Of a stretch of DNA of 64,000 nucleotides, positions 29,301-42,900 are shown in pieces; position 1 is the first letter of the stretch, and each line of letters starts with the position of its first letter. Below the pieces are notes generated by a model. It was not told where the DNA came from. It saw nothing but the letters and a program-made list of their open reading frames with translations, and did no database searches. The position numbers were made by a program, and so were the translations under genes. The DNA is from the human T2T-CHM13v2.0 reference genome, Homo sapiens: assembly GCF_009914755.1 (NCBI RefSeq), contig NC_060939.1; one strand, given 5' to 3'.

Positions 29301-30590
29301 TTACATAGCAATCCATTACATTCGAGTCTATTCTCTTCCGTTCCATTCGATTTCGTTCCAATCCATTCGATTCCATTCCATTCGATTCCATTCCATACTA
29401 TTGCATTCCATTCGATTACATTATATTCGAATAAGTTCCATTCAAGACCATTTCTTTTGAGTCCATTCTATTTGAGTCCATTCCCTTTGATTCCATAACA
29501 TTTGAGTCCATTCAATTCCATTCCTTTCGTTTCCATTCCATTTGATGCCATTCCATTCAATTCTGTTCTACTCGACTCCAATACATTCAATTCCATTCCA
29601 TCCGATTCCATTACATTCTTTTCATTTCTTATCCATTTCAAGCCATTCCACTCCATTCCATTCCACTCGTTTCCTTTCCATTCGAGTCCATTCCTCTCCA
29701 GTCCATTCCGTTCAATCCATTCCATTCCAGTCCATTCCATTCGAGTCCGTTCCATTCCAGTCCATTCCATTCGAGTCAATTCCATTCCATTCGATGTCTT
29801 TCCATAACGATCCATTCCATTCTATTCCTTTCGATTCCATTCCATTCTATTTCATTCCATTCGATTCCCTTCCATTGGACTCCTTTCCATTCGAGTGCAT
29901 TCCATTCCGTTCCATTTCTTTCCGTTCTGTACGATTCCTACCGTTCGATTTCATTTTGTTCCAGTCCATTCTTTCGCGTCCATTCATTCCATTTCACTCC
30001 ATTCGATTCCATTCCACTCGATTCCACTTCGTTCCATTTCATTGCATTCCATTCTATTCAACTCTATTGCCTTCCATTCCATTCCATTCGATTACATTCC
30101 ATGCGATTCCATTCGAAATCGAATCAATTACATTGCAATCCATTACTATTGAGTCCGATTTATTCCAGTCCACTGTATTCTGGTCCATTCCATTTGATTC
30201 CATTCCATTCTATTCCATTCCATACAGTTGCATTCCATTGGATTCCATGCTATATCTATAAATTCAATTCGAGACCATTGCTTTTGAGTCCATTCTATAT
30301 GATTCCATTCCATTCAAGTCCATTACATTTGGTTCAATTCCATTCCATTCCATTCCCTTTCATTCCATTCCATTTGATATCAATCCATTCGATTCCATTC
30401 CATTGGAGCACAATCCATTCGAGTCCATTCCATTCGATGCCATTCCATTTGATTCTATTCCATTAGTCTCCATTCAATTCCATTAATCTCCATTCCATTC
30501 CATTCTACTCCAACTGATTCCATTCCATTCTATTCCTTTCCATTCCATTTCATTCCATTCCATTCCATTTCATTCCATTCCATTCCATTC

Positions 30591-30850
30591 GTGTCCATTC
30601 CACTCCAGTCCATTCCATTCGTGTCCATTCCATTCCAGTCCATTCCATTTGTGTCCACTGCATTCCATTCCACTCCATTCCATATTATTCCATTACACTC
30701 CATTCCATTCTATTACTTTCATTTCCATTCAATTCCATTCCATTTGATTCCATTCCACTCGGTTTCATTCCATTTGAGTCCACTCCATTCCATTCCATTA
30801 AATTCCATTCAGTTCCATTCCATTCCGTTCCATTCCATTCCATTCCATTC
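30591..30850 (+). repeat. 260-bp partial unit (extra unit 5' end), copy 1
   Basis: The unit start GTGTCCATTCCACTCCAG at 30591 restarts as CTGTCCATTCCACTCCAG at 30851, giving a 2047-bp period. Confidence 0.93.
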
Positions 30851-32637
30851 CTGTCCATTCCACTCCAGTCCATTCCATTCGTATCCATTCCATTCCAGTC
30901 CATTCCATTTGTGTCCACTGCATTCCATTCCACTCCATTCCATATTATTCCATTACACTCCATTCCATTCTATTACTTTCATTTCCATTCAATTCCATTC
31001 CATTTGATTCCATTCCACTCGGTTTCATTCCATTTGAGTCCACTCCATTCCATTCCATTCCATTCAGTTCCATTCCATTCTGTTCCATTCCATTCCGTTC
31101 CATTACATTCCATTCCATTCGGTACCATTCCATATTGTTCCATTCGATTCCATTCGAATCCATTCCATTCCAGTCCATTCCATTCGATTCCATTCCATTC
31201 ATTTCAATTCCATTCCATTCCATTCCATTACATTCCACTTGATTCCTCTCCATTCCCTTCCACTGCATTCCGTTCGATTCCATTCCATTGCATTGCATTC
31301 CATTCCATTGGATTGCATTCCATTCGATTCCATTCCATTCGTATCAATTACATAGCAATCCATTACATTCGAGTCTATTCTCTTCCGTTCCATTCGATTT
31401 CGTTCCAATCCATTCGATTCCATTCCATTCGATTCCATTCCATACTATTGCATTCCATTCGATTACATTATATTCGAATAAGTTCCATTCAAGACCATTT
31501 CTTTTGAGTCCATTCTATTTGAGTCCATTCCCTTTGATTCCATAACATTTGAGTCCATTCAATTCCATTCCTTTCGTTTCCATTCCATTTGATGCCATTC
31601 CATTCAATTCTGTTCTACTCGACTCCAATACATTCAATTCCATTCCATCCGATTCCATTACATTCTTTTCATTTCTTATCCATTTCAAGCCATTCCACTC
31701 CATTCCATTCCACTCGTTTCCTTTCCATTCGAGTCCATTCCTCTCCAGTCCATTCCGTTCAATCCATTCCATTCCAGTCCATTCCATTCGAGTCCGTTCC
31801 ATTCCAGTCCATTCCATTCGAGTCAATTCCATTCCATTCGATGTCTTTCCATAACGATCCATTGCATTCTATTCCTTTCGATTCCATTCCATTCTATTTC
31901 ATTCCATTCGATTCCCTTCCATTGGACTCCTTTCCATTCGAGTGCATTCCATTCCGTTCCATTTCTTTCCGTTCTGTACGATTCCTACCGTTCGATTTCA
32001 TTTTGTTCCAGTCCATTCTTTCGCGTCCATTCATTCCATTTCACTCCATTCGATTCCATTCCACTCGATTCCACTTCGTTCCATTTCATTGCATTCCATT
32101 CTATTCAACTCTATTGCCTTCCATTCCATTCCATTCGATTACATTCCATGCGATTCCATTCGAAATCGAATCAATTACATTGCAATCCATTACTATTGAG
32201 TCCGATTTATTCCAGTCCACTGCATTCTGGTCCATTCCATTTGATTCCATTCCATTCTATTCCATTCCATACAGTTGCATTCCATTGGATTCCATGCTAT
32301 ATCTATAAATTCAATTCGAGACCATTGCTTTTGAGTCCATTCTATATGATTCCATTCCATTCAAGTCCATTACATTTGGTTCAATTCCATTCCATTCCAT
32401 TCCCTTTCATTCCATTCAATTTGATATCAATCCATTCGATTCCATTCCATTCGAGCACATTCCATTCGAGTCCATTCCATTCGATGCCATTCCATTTGAT
32501 TCTATTCCATTAGTCTCCATTCAATTCCATTAATCTCCATCCCATTCCATTCTACTCCAACTGATTCCATTCCATTCTATTCCTTTCCATTCCATTTCAT
32601 TCCATTCCATTCCATTTCATTCCATTCCATTCCATTC

Positions 32638-32897
32638 GTGTCCATTCCACTCCAGTCCATTCCATTCGTGTCCATTCCATTCCAGTCCATTCCATTTGTG
32701 TCCACTGCATTCCATTCCACTCCATTCCATATTATTCCATTACACTCCATTCCATTCTATTACTTTCATTTCCATTCAATTCCATTCCATTTGATTCCAT
32801 TCCACTCGGTTTCATTCCATTTGAGTCCACTCCATTCCATTCCATTAAATTCCATTCAGTTCCATTCCATTCCGTTCCATTCCATTCCATTCCATTC
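32638..32897 (+). repeat. 260-bp partial unit, copy 2
   Basis: Same structure and same CTGTCC junction at 32898, exactly 2047 bp after copy 1. Confidence 0.93.
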
Positions 32898-35800
32898 CTG
32901 TCCATTCCACTCCAGTCCATTCCATTCGTATCCATTCCATTCCAGTCCATTCCATTTGTGTCCACTGCATTCCATTCCACTCCATTCCATATTATTCCAT
33001 TACACTCCATTCCATTCTATTACTTTCATTTCCATTCAATTCCATTCCATTTGATTCCATTCCACTCGGTTTCATTCCATTTGAGTCCACTCCATTCCAT
33101 TCCATTCCATTCAGTTCCATTCCATTCTGTTCCATTCCATTCCGTTCCATTACATTCCATTCCATTCGGTACCATTCCATATTGTTCCATTCGATTCCAT
33201 TCGAATCCATTCCATTCCAGTCCATTCCATTCGATTCCATTCCATTCATTTCAATTCCATTCCATTCCATTCCATTACATTCCACTTGATTCCTCTCCAT
33301 TCCCTTCCACTGCATTCCGTTCGATTCCATTCCATTGCATTGCATTCCATTCCATTGGATTGCATTCCATTCGATTCCATTCCATTCGTATCAATTACAT
33401 AGCAATCCATTACATTCGAGTCTATTCTCTTCCGTTCCATTCGATTTCGTTCCAATCCATTCGATTCCATTCCATTCGATTCCATTCCATACTATTGCAT
33501 TCCATTCGATTACATTATATTCGAATAAGTTCCATTCAAGACCATTTCTTTTGAGTCCATTCTATTTGAGTCCATTCCCTTTGATTCCATAACATTTGAG
33601 TCCATTCAATTCCATTCCTTTCGTTTCCATTCCATTTGATGCCATTCCATTCAATTCTGTTCTACTCGACTCCAATACATTCAATTCCATTCCATCCGAT
33701 TCCATTACATTCTTTTCATTTCTTTTCCATTTCAAGCCATTCCACTCCATTCCATTCCACTCGTTTCCTTTCCATTCGAGTCCATTCCTCTCCAGTCCAT
33801 TCCGTTCAATCCATTCCATTCCAGTCCATTCCATTCGAGTCCGTTCCATTCCAGTCCATTCCATTCGAGTCAATTCCATTCCATTCGATGTCTTTCCATA
33901 ACGATCCATTCCATTCTATTCCTTTCGATTCTATTCCATTCTATTTCATTCCATTCGATTCCCTTCCATTGGACTCCTTTCCATTCGAGTGCATTCCATT
34001 CCGTTCCATTTCTTTCCGTTCTGTACGATTCCTACCGTTCGATTTCATTTTGTTCCAGTCCATTCTTTCGCGTCCATTCATTCCATTTCACTCCATTCGA
34101 TTCCATTCCACTCGATTCCACTTCGTTCCATTTCATTGCATTCCATTCTATTCAACTCTATTGCCTTCCATTCCATTCCATTCGATTACATTCCATGCGA
34201 TTCCATTCGAAATCGAATCAATTACATTGCAATCCATTACTATTGAGTCCGATTTATTCCAGTCCACTGCATTCTGGTCCATTCCATTTGATTCCATTCC
34301 ATTCTATTCCATTCCATACAGTTGCATTCCATTGGATTCCATGCTATATCTATAAATTCAATTCGAGACCATTGCTTTTGAGTCCATTCTATATGATTCC
34401 ATTCCATTCAAGTCCATTACATTTGGTTCAATTCCATTCCATTCCATTCCCTTCCATTCCATTCCATTTGATATCAATCCATTCGATTCCATTCCATTCG
34501 AGCACATTCCATTCGAGTCCATTCCATTCGATGCCATTCCATTTGATTCTATTCCATTAGTCTCCATTCAATTCCATTAATCTCCATTCCATTCCATTCT
34601 ACTCCAACTGATTCCATTCCATTCTATTCCTTTCCATTCCATTTCATTCCATTCCATTTCATTCCATTCCATTCCATTCGTGTCCATTCCACTCCAGTCC
34701 ATTCCATTCGTGTCCATTCCATTCCAGTCCATTCCATTTGTGTCCACTGCATTCCATTCCACTCCATTCCATATTATTCCATTACACTCCATTCCATTCT
34801 ATTACTTTCATTTCCATTCAATTCCATTCCATTTGATTCCATTCCACTCGGTTTCATTCCATTTGAGTCCACTCCATTCCATTCCATTAAATTCCATTCA
34901 GTTCCATTCCATTCCGTTCCATTACATTCCATTCCATTCGGTACCATTCCATATTGTTCCATTCGATTCCATTCGAATCCATTCCATTCCAGTCCATTCC
35001 ATTCGATTCCATTCCATTCATTTCAATTCCATTCCATTCCATTCCATTACATTCCACTTGATTCCTCTCCATTCCCTTCCACTGCATTCCGTTCGATTCC
35101 ATTCCATTGCATTGCATTCCATTCCATTGGATTGCATTCCATTCGATTCCATTCCATTCGAATCAATTACATAGCAATCCATTACATTCGAGTCTATTCT
35201 CTTCCGTTCCATTCGATTTCGTTCCAATCCATTCGATTCCATTCCATTCGATTCCATTCCATACTATTGCATTCCATTCGATTACATTATATTCGAATAA
35301 GTTCCATTCAAGACCATTTCTTTTGAGTCCATTCTATTTGAGTCCATTCCCTTTGATTCCATAACATTTGAGTCCATTCAATTCCATTCCTTTCGTTTCC
35401 ATTCCATTTGATGCCATTCCATTCAATTCTGTTCTACTCGACTCCAATACATTCAATTCCATTCCATCCGATTCCATTACATTCTTTTCATTTCTTATCC
35501 ATTTCAAGCCATTCCACTCCATTCCATTCCACTCGTTTCCTTTCCATTCGAGTCCATTCCTCTCCAGTCCATTCCGTTCAATCCATTCCATTCCATTCGA
35601 GTCCGTTCCATTCCAGTCCATTCCATTCGAGTCAATTCCATTCCATTCGATGTCTTTCCATAACGATCCATTCCATTCTATTCCTTTCGATTCCATTCCA
35701 TTCTATTTCATTCCATTCGATTCCCTTCCATTGGACTCCTTTCCATTCGAGTGCATTCCATTCCGTTCCATTTCTTTCCGTTCTGTACGATTCCTACCGT

Positions 35801-38800
35801 TCGATTTCATTTTGTTCCAGTCCATTCTTTCGCGTCCATTCCATTCCATTTCACTCCATTCGATTCCATTCCACTCGATTCCACTTCGTTCCATTTCATT
35901 GCATTCCATTCTATTCAACTCTATTGCCTTCCATTCCATTCCATTCGATTACATTCCATGCGATTCCATTCGAAATCGAATCAATTACATTGCAATCCAT
36001 TACTATTGAGTCCGTTTTATTCCAGTCCACTGCATTCTGGTCCATTCCATTTGATTCCATTCCATTCTATTCCATTCCATACAGTTGCATTCCATTGGAT
36101 TCCATGCTATATCTATAAATTCAATTCGAGACCATTGCTTTTGAGTCCATTCTATATGATTCCATTCCATTCAAGTCCATTACATTTGGTTAAATTCCAT
36201 TCCATTCGGTTCAATTCCATTCCATTCCATTCCCTTCCATTCCATTCCAGTTGATATCAATCCATTCGATTCCATTCCATTCGAGCACATTCCATTCGAG
36301 TCCATTCCATTCGATGCCATTCCATTTGATTCTATTCCATTAGTCTCCATTCAATTCCATTAATCTCCATTCCATTCCATTCTACTCCAACTGATTCCAT
36401 TCCATTCTATTCCTTTCCATTCCATTTCATTCCATTCCATTCCATTCCATTCCATTCCATTCGTGTCCATTCCACTCCAGTCCATTCCATTCGTATCCAT
36501 TCCATTCCAGTCCATTCCATTTGTGTCCACTGCATTCCATTCCACTCCATTCCATATTATTCCATTACACTCCATTCCATTCTATTACTTTCATTTCCAT
36601 TCAATTCCATTCCATTTGATTCCATTCCACTCGGTTTCATTCCATTTGAGTCCACTCCATTCCATTCCATTCCATTCAGTTCCATTCCATTCTGTTCCAT
36701 TCCATTCCGTTCCATTACATTCCATTCCATTCGGTACCATTCCATATTGTTCCATTCGATTCCATTCGAATCCATTCCATTCCAGTCCATTCCATTCGAT
36801 TCCATTCCATTCATTTCAATTCCATTCCATTCCATTACATTACATTCCACTTGATTCCTCTCCATTCCCTTCCACTGCATTCCATTCGATTCCATTCCAT
36901 TGCATTGCATTCCATTCCATTGGATTGCATTCCATTCGATTCCATTCCATTCGAATCAATTACATAGCAATCCATTACATTCGAGTCTATTCTCTTCCAT
37001 TCCATTCGATTTCGTTCCAATCCATTCGATTCCATTCCATTCGATTCCATTCCATACTATTGCATTCCATTCGATTACATTATATTCGAATAAGTTCCAT
37101 TCAAGACCATTTCTTTTGAGTCCATTCTATTTGAGTCCATTCCCTTTGATTCCATAACATTTGAGTCCATTCAATTCCATTCCTTTCGTTTCCATTCCAT
37201 TTGATGCCATTCCATTCAATTCTGTTCTACTCGACTCCAATACATTCAATTCCATTCCATCCGATTCCATTACATTCTTTTCATTTCTTATCCATTTCAA
37301 GCCATTCCACTCCATTCCATTCCACTCGTTTCCTTTCCATTCGAGTCCATTCCTCTCCAGTCCATTCCGTTCAATCCATTCCATTCCAGTCCATTCCATT
37401 CGAGTCCGTTCCATTCCAGTCCATTCCATTCGAGTCAATTCCATTCCATTCGATGTCTTTCCATAACGATCCATTCCATTCTATTCCTTTCGATTCCATT
37501 CCATTCTATTTCATTCCATTCGATTCCCTTCCATTGGACTCCTTTCCATTCGAGTGCATTCCATTCCGTTCCATTTCTTTCCGTTCTGTACGATTCCTAC
37601 CGTTCGATTTCATTTTGTTCCAGTCCATTCTTTCGCGTCCATTCATTCCATTTCACTCCATTCGATTCCATTCCACTCGATTCCACTTCGTTCCATTTCA
37701 TTGCATTCCATTCTATTCAACTCTATTGCCTTCCATTCCATTCCATTCGATTACATTCCATGCGATTCCATTCGAAATCGAATCAATTACATTGCAATCC
37801 ATTACTATTGAGTCCGATTTATTCCAGTCCACTGCATTCTGGTCCATTCCATTTGATTCCATTCCATTCTATTCCATTCCATACAGTTGCATTCCATTGG
37901 ATTCCATGCTATATCTATAAATTCAATTCGAGACCATTGCTTTTGAGTCCATTCTATATGATTCCATTCCATTCAAGTCCATTACATTTGGTTCAATTCC
38001 ATTCCATTCCATTCCCTTCCATTCCATTCCATTTGATATCAATCCATTCGATTCCATTCCATTCGAGCACATTCCATTCGAGTCCATTCCATTCGATGCC
38101 ATTCCATTTGATTCTATTCCATTAGTCTCCATTCAATTCCATTAATCTCCATTCCATTCCATTCTACTCCAACTGATTCCATTCCATTCTATTCCTTTCC
38201 ATTCCATTTCATTCCATTCCATTCCATTTCATTCCATTCCATTCCATTCGTGTCCATTCCACTCCAGTCCATTCCATTCGTGTCCATTCCATTCCAGTCC
38301 ATTCCATTTGTGTCCACTGCATTCCATTCCACTCCATTCCATATTATTCCATTACACTCCATTCCATTCTACTACTTTCATTTCCATTCAATTCCATTCC
38401 ATTTGATTCCATTCCACTCGGTTTCATTCCATTTGAGTCCACTCCATTCCATTCCATTAAATTCCATTCAGTTCCATTCCATTCCGTTCCATTCCATTCC
38501 ATTCCATTCGGTACCATTCCATATTGTTCCATTCGATTCCATTCGAATCCATTCCATTCCAGTCCATTCCATTCGATTCCATTCCATTCATTTCAATTCC
38601 ATTCCATTCCATTCCATTACATTCCACTTGATTCCTCTCCATTCCCTTCCACTGCATTCCGTTCGATTCCATTCCATTGCATTGCATTCCATTCCATTGG
38701 ATTGCATTCCATTCGATTCCATTCCATTCGAATCAATTACATAGCAATCCATTACATTCGAGTCTATTCTCTTCCATTCCATTCGATTTCGTTCCAATCC

Positions 38801-39929
38801 ATTCGATTCCATTCCATTCGATTCCATTCCATACTATTGCATTCCATTCGATTACATTATATTCGAATAAGTTCCATTCAAGACCATTTCTTTTGAGTCC
38901 ATTCTATTTGAGTCCATTCCCTTTGATTCCATAACATTTGAGTCCATTCAATTCCATTCCTTTCGTTTCCATTCCATTTGATGCCATTCCATTCAATTCT
39001 GTTCTACTCGACTCCAATACATTCAATTCCATTCCATCCGATTCCATTACATTCTTTTCATTTCTTATCCATTTCAAGCCATTCCACTCCATTCCATTCC
39101 ACTCGTTTCCTTTCCATTCGAGTCCATTCCTCTCCAGTCCATTCCGTTCAATCCATTCCATTCCAGTCCATTCCATTCGAGTCCGTTCCATTCCAGTCCA
39201 TTCCATTCGAGTCAATTCCATTCCATTCGATGTCTTTCCATAACGATCCATTCCATTCTATTCCTTTCGATTCCATTCCATTCTATTTCATTCCATTCGA
39301 TTCCCTTCCATTGGACTCCTTTCCATTCGAGTGCATTCCATTCCGTTCCATTTCTTTCCGTTCTGTACGATTCCTACCGTTCGATTTCATTTTGTTCCAG
39401 TCCATTCCTTTCGCGTCCATTCCATTCCATTTCACTCCATTCGATTCCATTCCACTCGATTCCACTTCGTTCCATTTCATTGCATTCCATTCTATTCAAC
39501 TCTATTGCCTTCCATTCCATTCCATTCGATTACATTCCATGCGATTCCATTCGAAATCGAATCAATTACATTGCAAACCATTACTATTGAGTCCGATTTA
39601 TTCCAGTCCACTGCATTCTGGTCCATTCCATTTGATTCCATTCCATTCTATTCCATTCCATACAGTTTCATTCCATTGGATTCCATGCTATATCTATAAA
39701 TTCAATTCGAGACCATTGCTTTTGAGTCCATTCTATATGATTCCATTCCATTCAAGTCCATTACATTTGGTTCAATTCCATTCCATTCCATTCCCTTTCA
39801 TTCCATTCCATTTGATATCAATCCATTCGATTCCATTCCATTCGAGCACATTCCATTCGATGCCATTCCATTTGATTCTATTCCATTAGTCTCCATTCAA
39901 TTCCATTAATCTCCATTCCATTCCATTCC

Positions 39930-42900
39930 ATTCTACTCCAACTGATTCCATTCCATTCTATTCCTTTCCATTCCATTTCATTCCATTCCATTCCATTTCA
40001 TTCCATTCCATTCCATTCGTGTCCATTCCACTCCAGTCCATTCCATTCGTGTCCATTCCATTCCAGTCCATTCCATTTGTGTCCACTGCATTTCATTCCA
40101 CTCCATTCCATATTATTCCATTACACTCCATTCCATTCTATTACTTTCATTTCCATTCAATTCCATTCCATTTGATTCCATTCCACTCGGTTTCATTACA
40201 TTTGAGTCCACTCCATTCCATTCCATTAAATTCCATTCAGTTCCATTCCATTCCGTTCCATTACATTCCATTCCATTCGATACCATTCCATATTGTTCCA
40301 TTCGATTCCATTCGAATCCATTCCATTCCAGTCCATTCCATTCGATTCCATTCCATTCATTTCAATTCCATTCCATTCCATTCCATTCCATTCCACTTGA
40401 TTCCTCTCCATTCCCTTCCACTGCATTCCGTTCGATTCCATTCCATTGCATTGCATTCCATTCCATTGGATTGCATTCCATTCGATTCCATTCCATTCGA
40501 ATCAATTACATAGCAATCCATTACATTCGAGTCTATTCTATTCCGATCCATTCGATTTCGTTCCAATCCATTGGATTCCATTCCATTCGATTCCATTCCA
40601 TACTATTGCATTCCATTCGATTACATTATATTCGAATAAGTTCCATTCAAGACCATTTCTTTTGAGTCCATTCTATTTGAGTCCATTCCCTTTGATTCCA
40701 TAACATTTGAGTCCATTCAATTCCATTCCTTTCGTTTCCATTCCATTTGATGCCATTCCATTCAATTCTGTTCTACTCGACTCCAATACATTCAATTCCA
40801 TTCCATCCGATTCCATTACATTCTTTTCATTTCTTATCCATTTCAAGCCATTCCACTCCATTCCATTCCACTCGTTTCCTTTCCATTCGAGTCCATTCCT
40901 CTCCAGTCCATTCCGTTCAATCCATTCCATTCCAGTCCATTCCATTCGAGTCCGTTCCATTCCAGTCCATTCCATTCGAGTCAATTCCATCCCATTCGAT
41001 GTCTTTCCATAACGATCCATTCCATTCTATTCCTTTCGATTCCATTCCATTCTATTTCATTCCATTCGATTCCCTTCCATTGGACTCCTTTCCATTCGAG
41101 TGCATTCCATTCCGTTCCATTTCTTTCCGTTCTGTACGATTCCTACCGTTCGATTTCATTTTGTTCCAGTCCATTCCTTTCGCGTCCATTCCATTCCATT
41201 TCACTCCATTCGATTCCATTCCACTCGATTCCACTTCGTTCCATTTCATTGCATTCCATTCTATTCAACTCTATTGTCTTCCATTCCATTCCATTCGATT
41301 ACATTCCATGCGATTCCATTCGAAATCGAATCAATTACATTGCAATCCATTACTATTGAGTCCGTTTTATTCCAGTCCACTGCATTCTGGTCCATTCCAT
41401 TTGATTCCATTCCATTCTATTCCATTCCATACAGTTGCATTCCATTGGATTCCATTGTATATCTATAAATTCAATTCGAGACCATTGCTTTTGAGTCCAT
41501 TCTATATGATTCCATTCCATTCAAGTCCATTACATTTGGTTCAATTCCATTCCATTCCATTCCCTTCCATTCCATTCCAGTTGATATCAATCCATTCGAT
41601 TCCATTCCATTCGAGCACATTCCATTCGAGTCCATTCCATTCGATGCCATTCCATTTGATTCTATTCCATTAGTCTCCATTCAATTCCATTAATCTCCAT
41701 TCCATTCCATTCTACTCCAACTGATTCCATTCCATTCTATTCCTTTCCATTCCATTTCATTCCATTCCATTCCATTCCATTCCATTCGCTTCCATTCCAT
41801 TCATGTCCATTGCATTCCAGTCCATTCCATTTGTGTCCACTGCATTCCATTCCACTCCATTCCATATTATTCCATTACACTCCATTCCATTCTATTACTT
41901 TCATTTCCATTGAATTCCATTCCATTTGATTCCATTCCACTCGGTTTCATTCCATTTGAGTCCACTCCACTCCATTCCATTCCATTCCATTCCATTCAGT
42001 TCCATTCCATTCTGTTCCATTCCATTCCGTTCCATTGCATTCCATTCCATTCGGTACCATTCCATATTGTTCCATTCGATTCCATTCGAATCCATTCCAT
42101 TCCAGTCCATTCCATTCGATTCCATTCCATTCCTTTCAATTCTATTCCATTCCATTCCATTCCACTTGATTCCACTCCATTCCCTTCCACTGCATTCCAT
42201 TGCATTGCATTCCATTCCATTGGACTGCATTCCATTCGATTCCATTCCATTCGAATCAATTACATAGCAATCCATTACATTCGAGTCTATTCTATTCCGT
42301 TCCATTCGATTTCGTTCCAATCCATTCGATTCCATTCCATTCGATTCCATTCCATACTATTGCATTCCATTCGATTACATTATATTCGAATAAGTTCCAT
42401 TCAAGACCATTTCTTTTGAGTCCATTCTATTTGAGTCCATTCCCTTTGATTCCATAACATTTGAGTCCATTCAATTCCATTCCTTTCGTTTCCATTCCAT
42501 TTGATGCCATTCCATTCAATTCTGTTCTACTCGACTCCAATACATTCAATTCCATTCCATCCGATTCCATTACATTCTTTTCATTTCTTATCCATTTCAA
42601 GCCATTCCACTCCATTCCATTCCACTCGTTTCCTTTCCATTCGAGTCCATTCCTCTCCAGTCCATTCCGTTCAATCCATTCCATTCCAGTCCATTCCATT
42701 CGAGTCCGTTCCATTCCAGTCCATTCCATTCGAGTCAATTCCATCCCATTCGATGTCTTTCCATAACGATCCATTCCATTCTATTCCTTTCGATTCCATT
42801 CCATTCTATTTCATTCCATTCGATTCCCTTCCATTGGACTCCTTTCCATTCGAGTGCATTCCATTCCGTTCCATTTCTTTCCGTTCTGTACGATTCCTAC

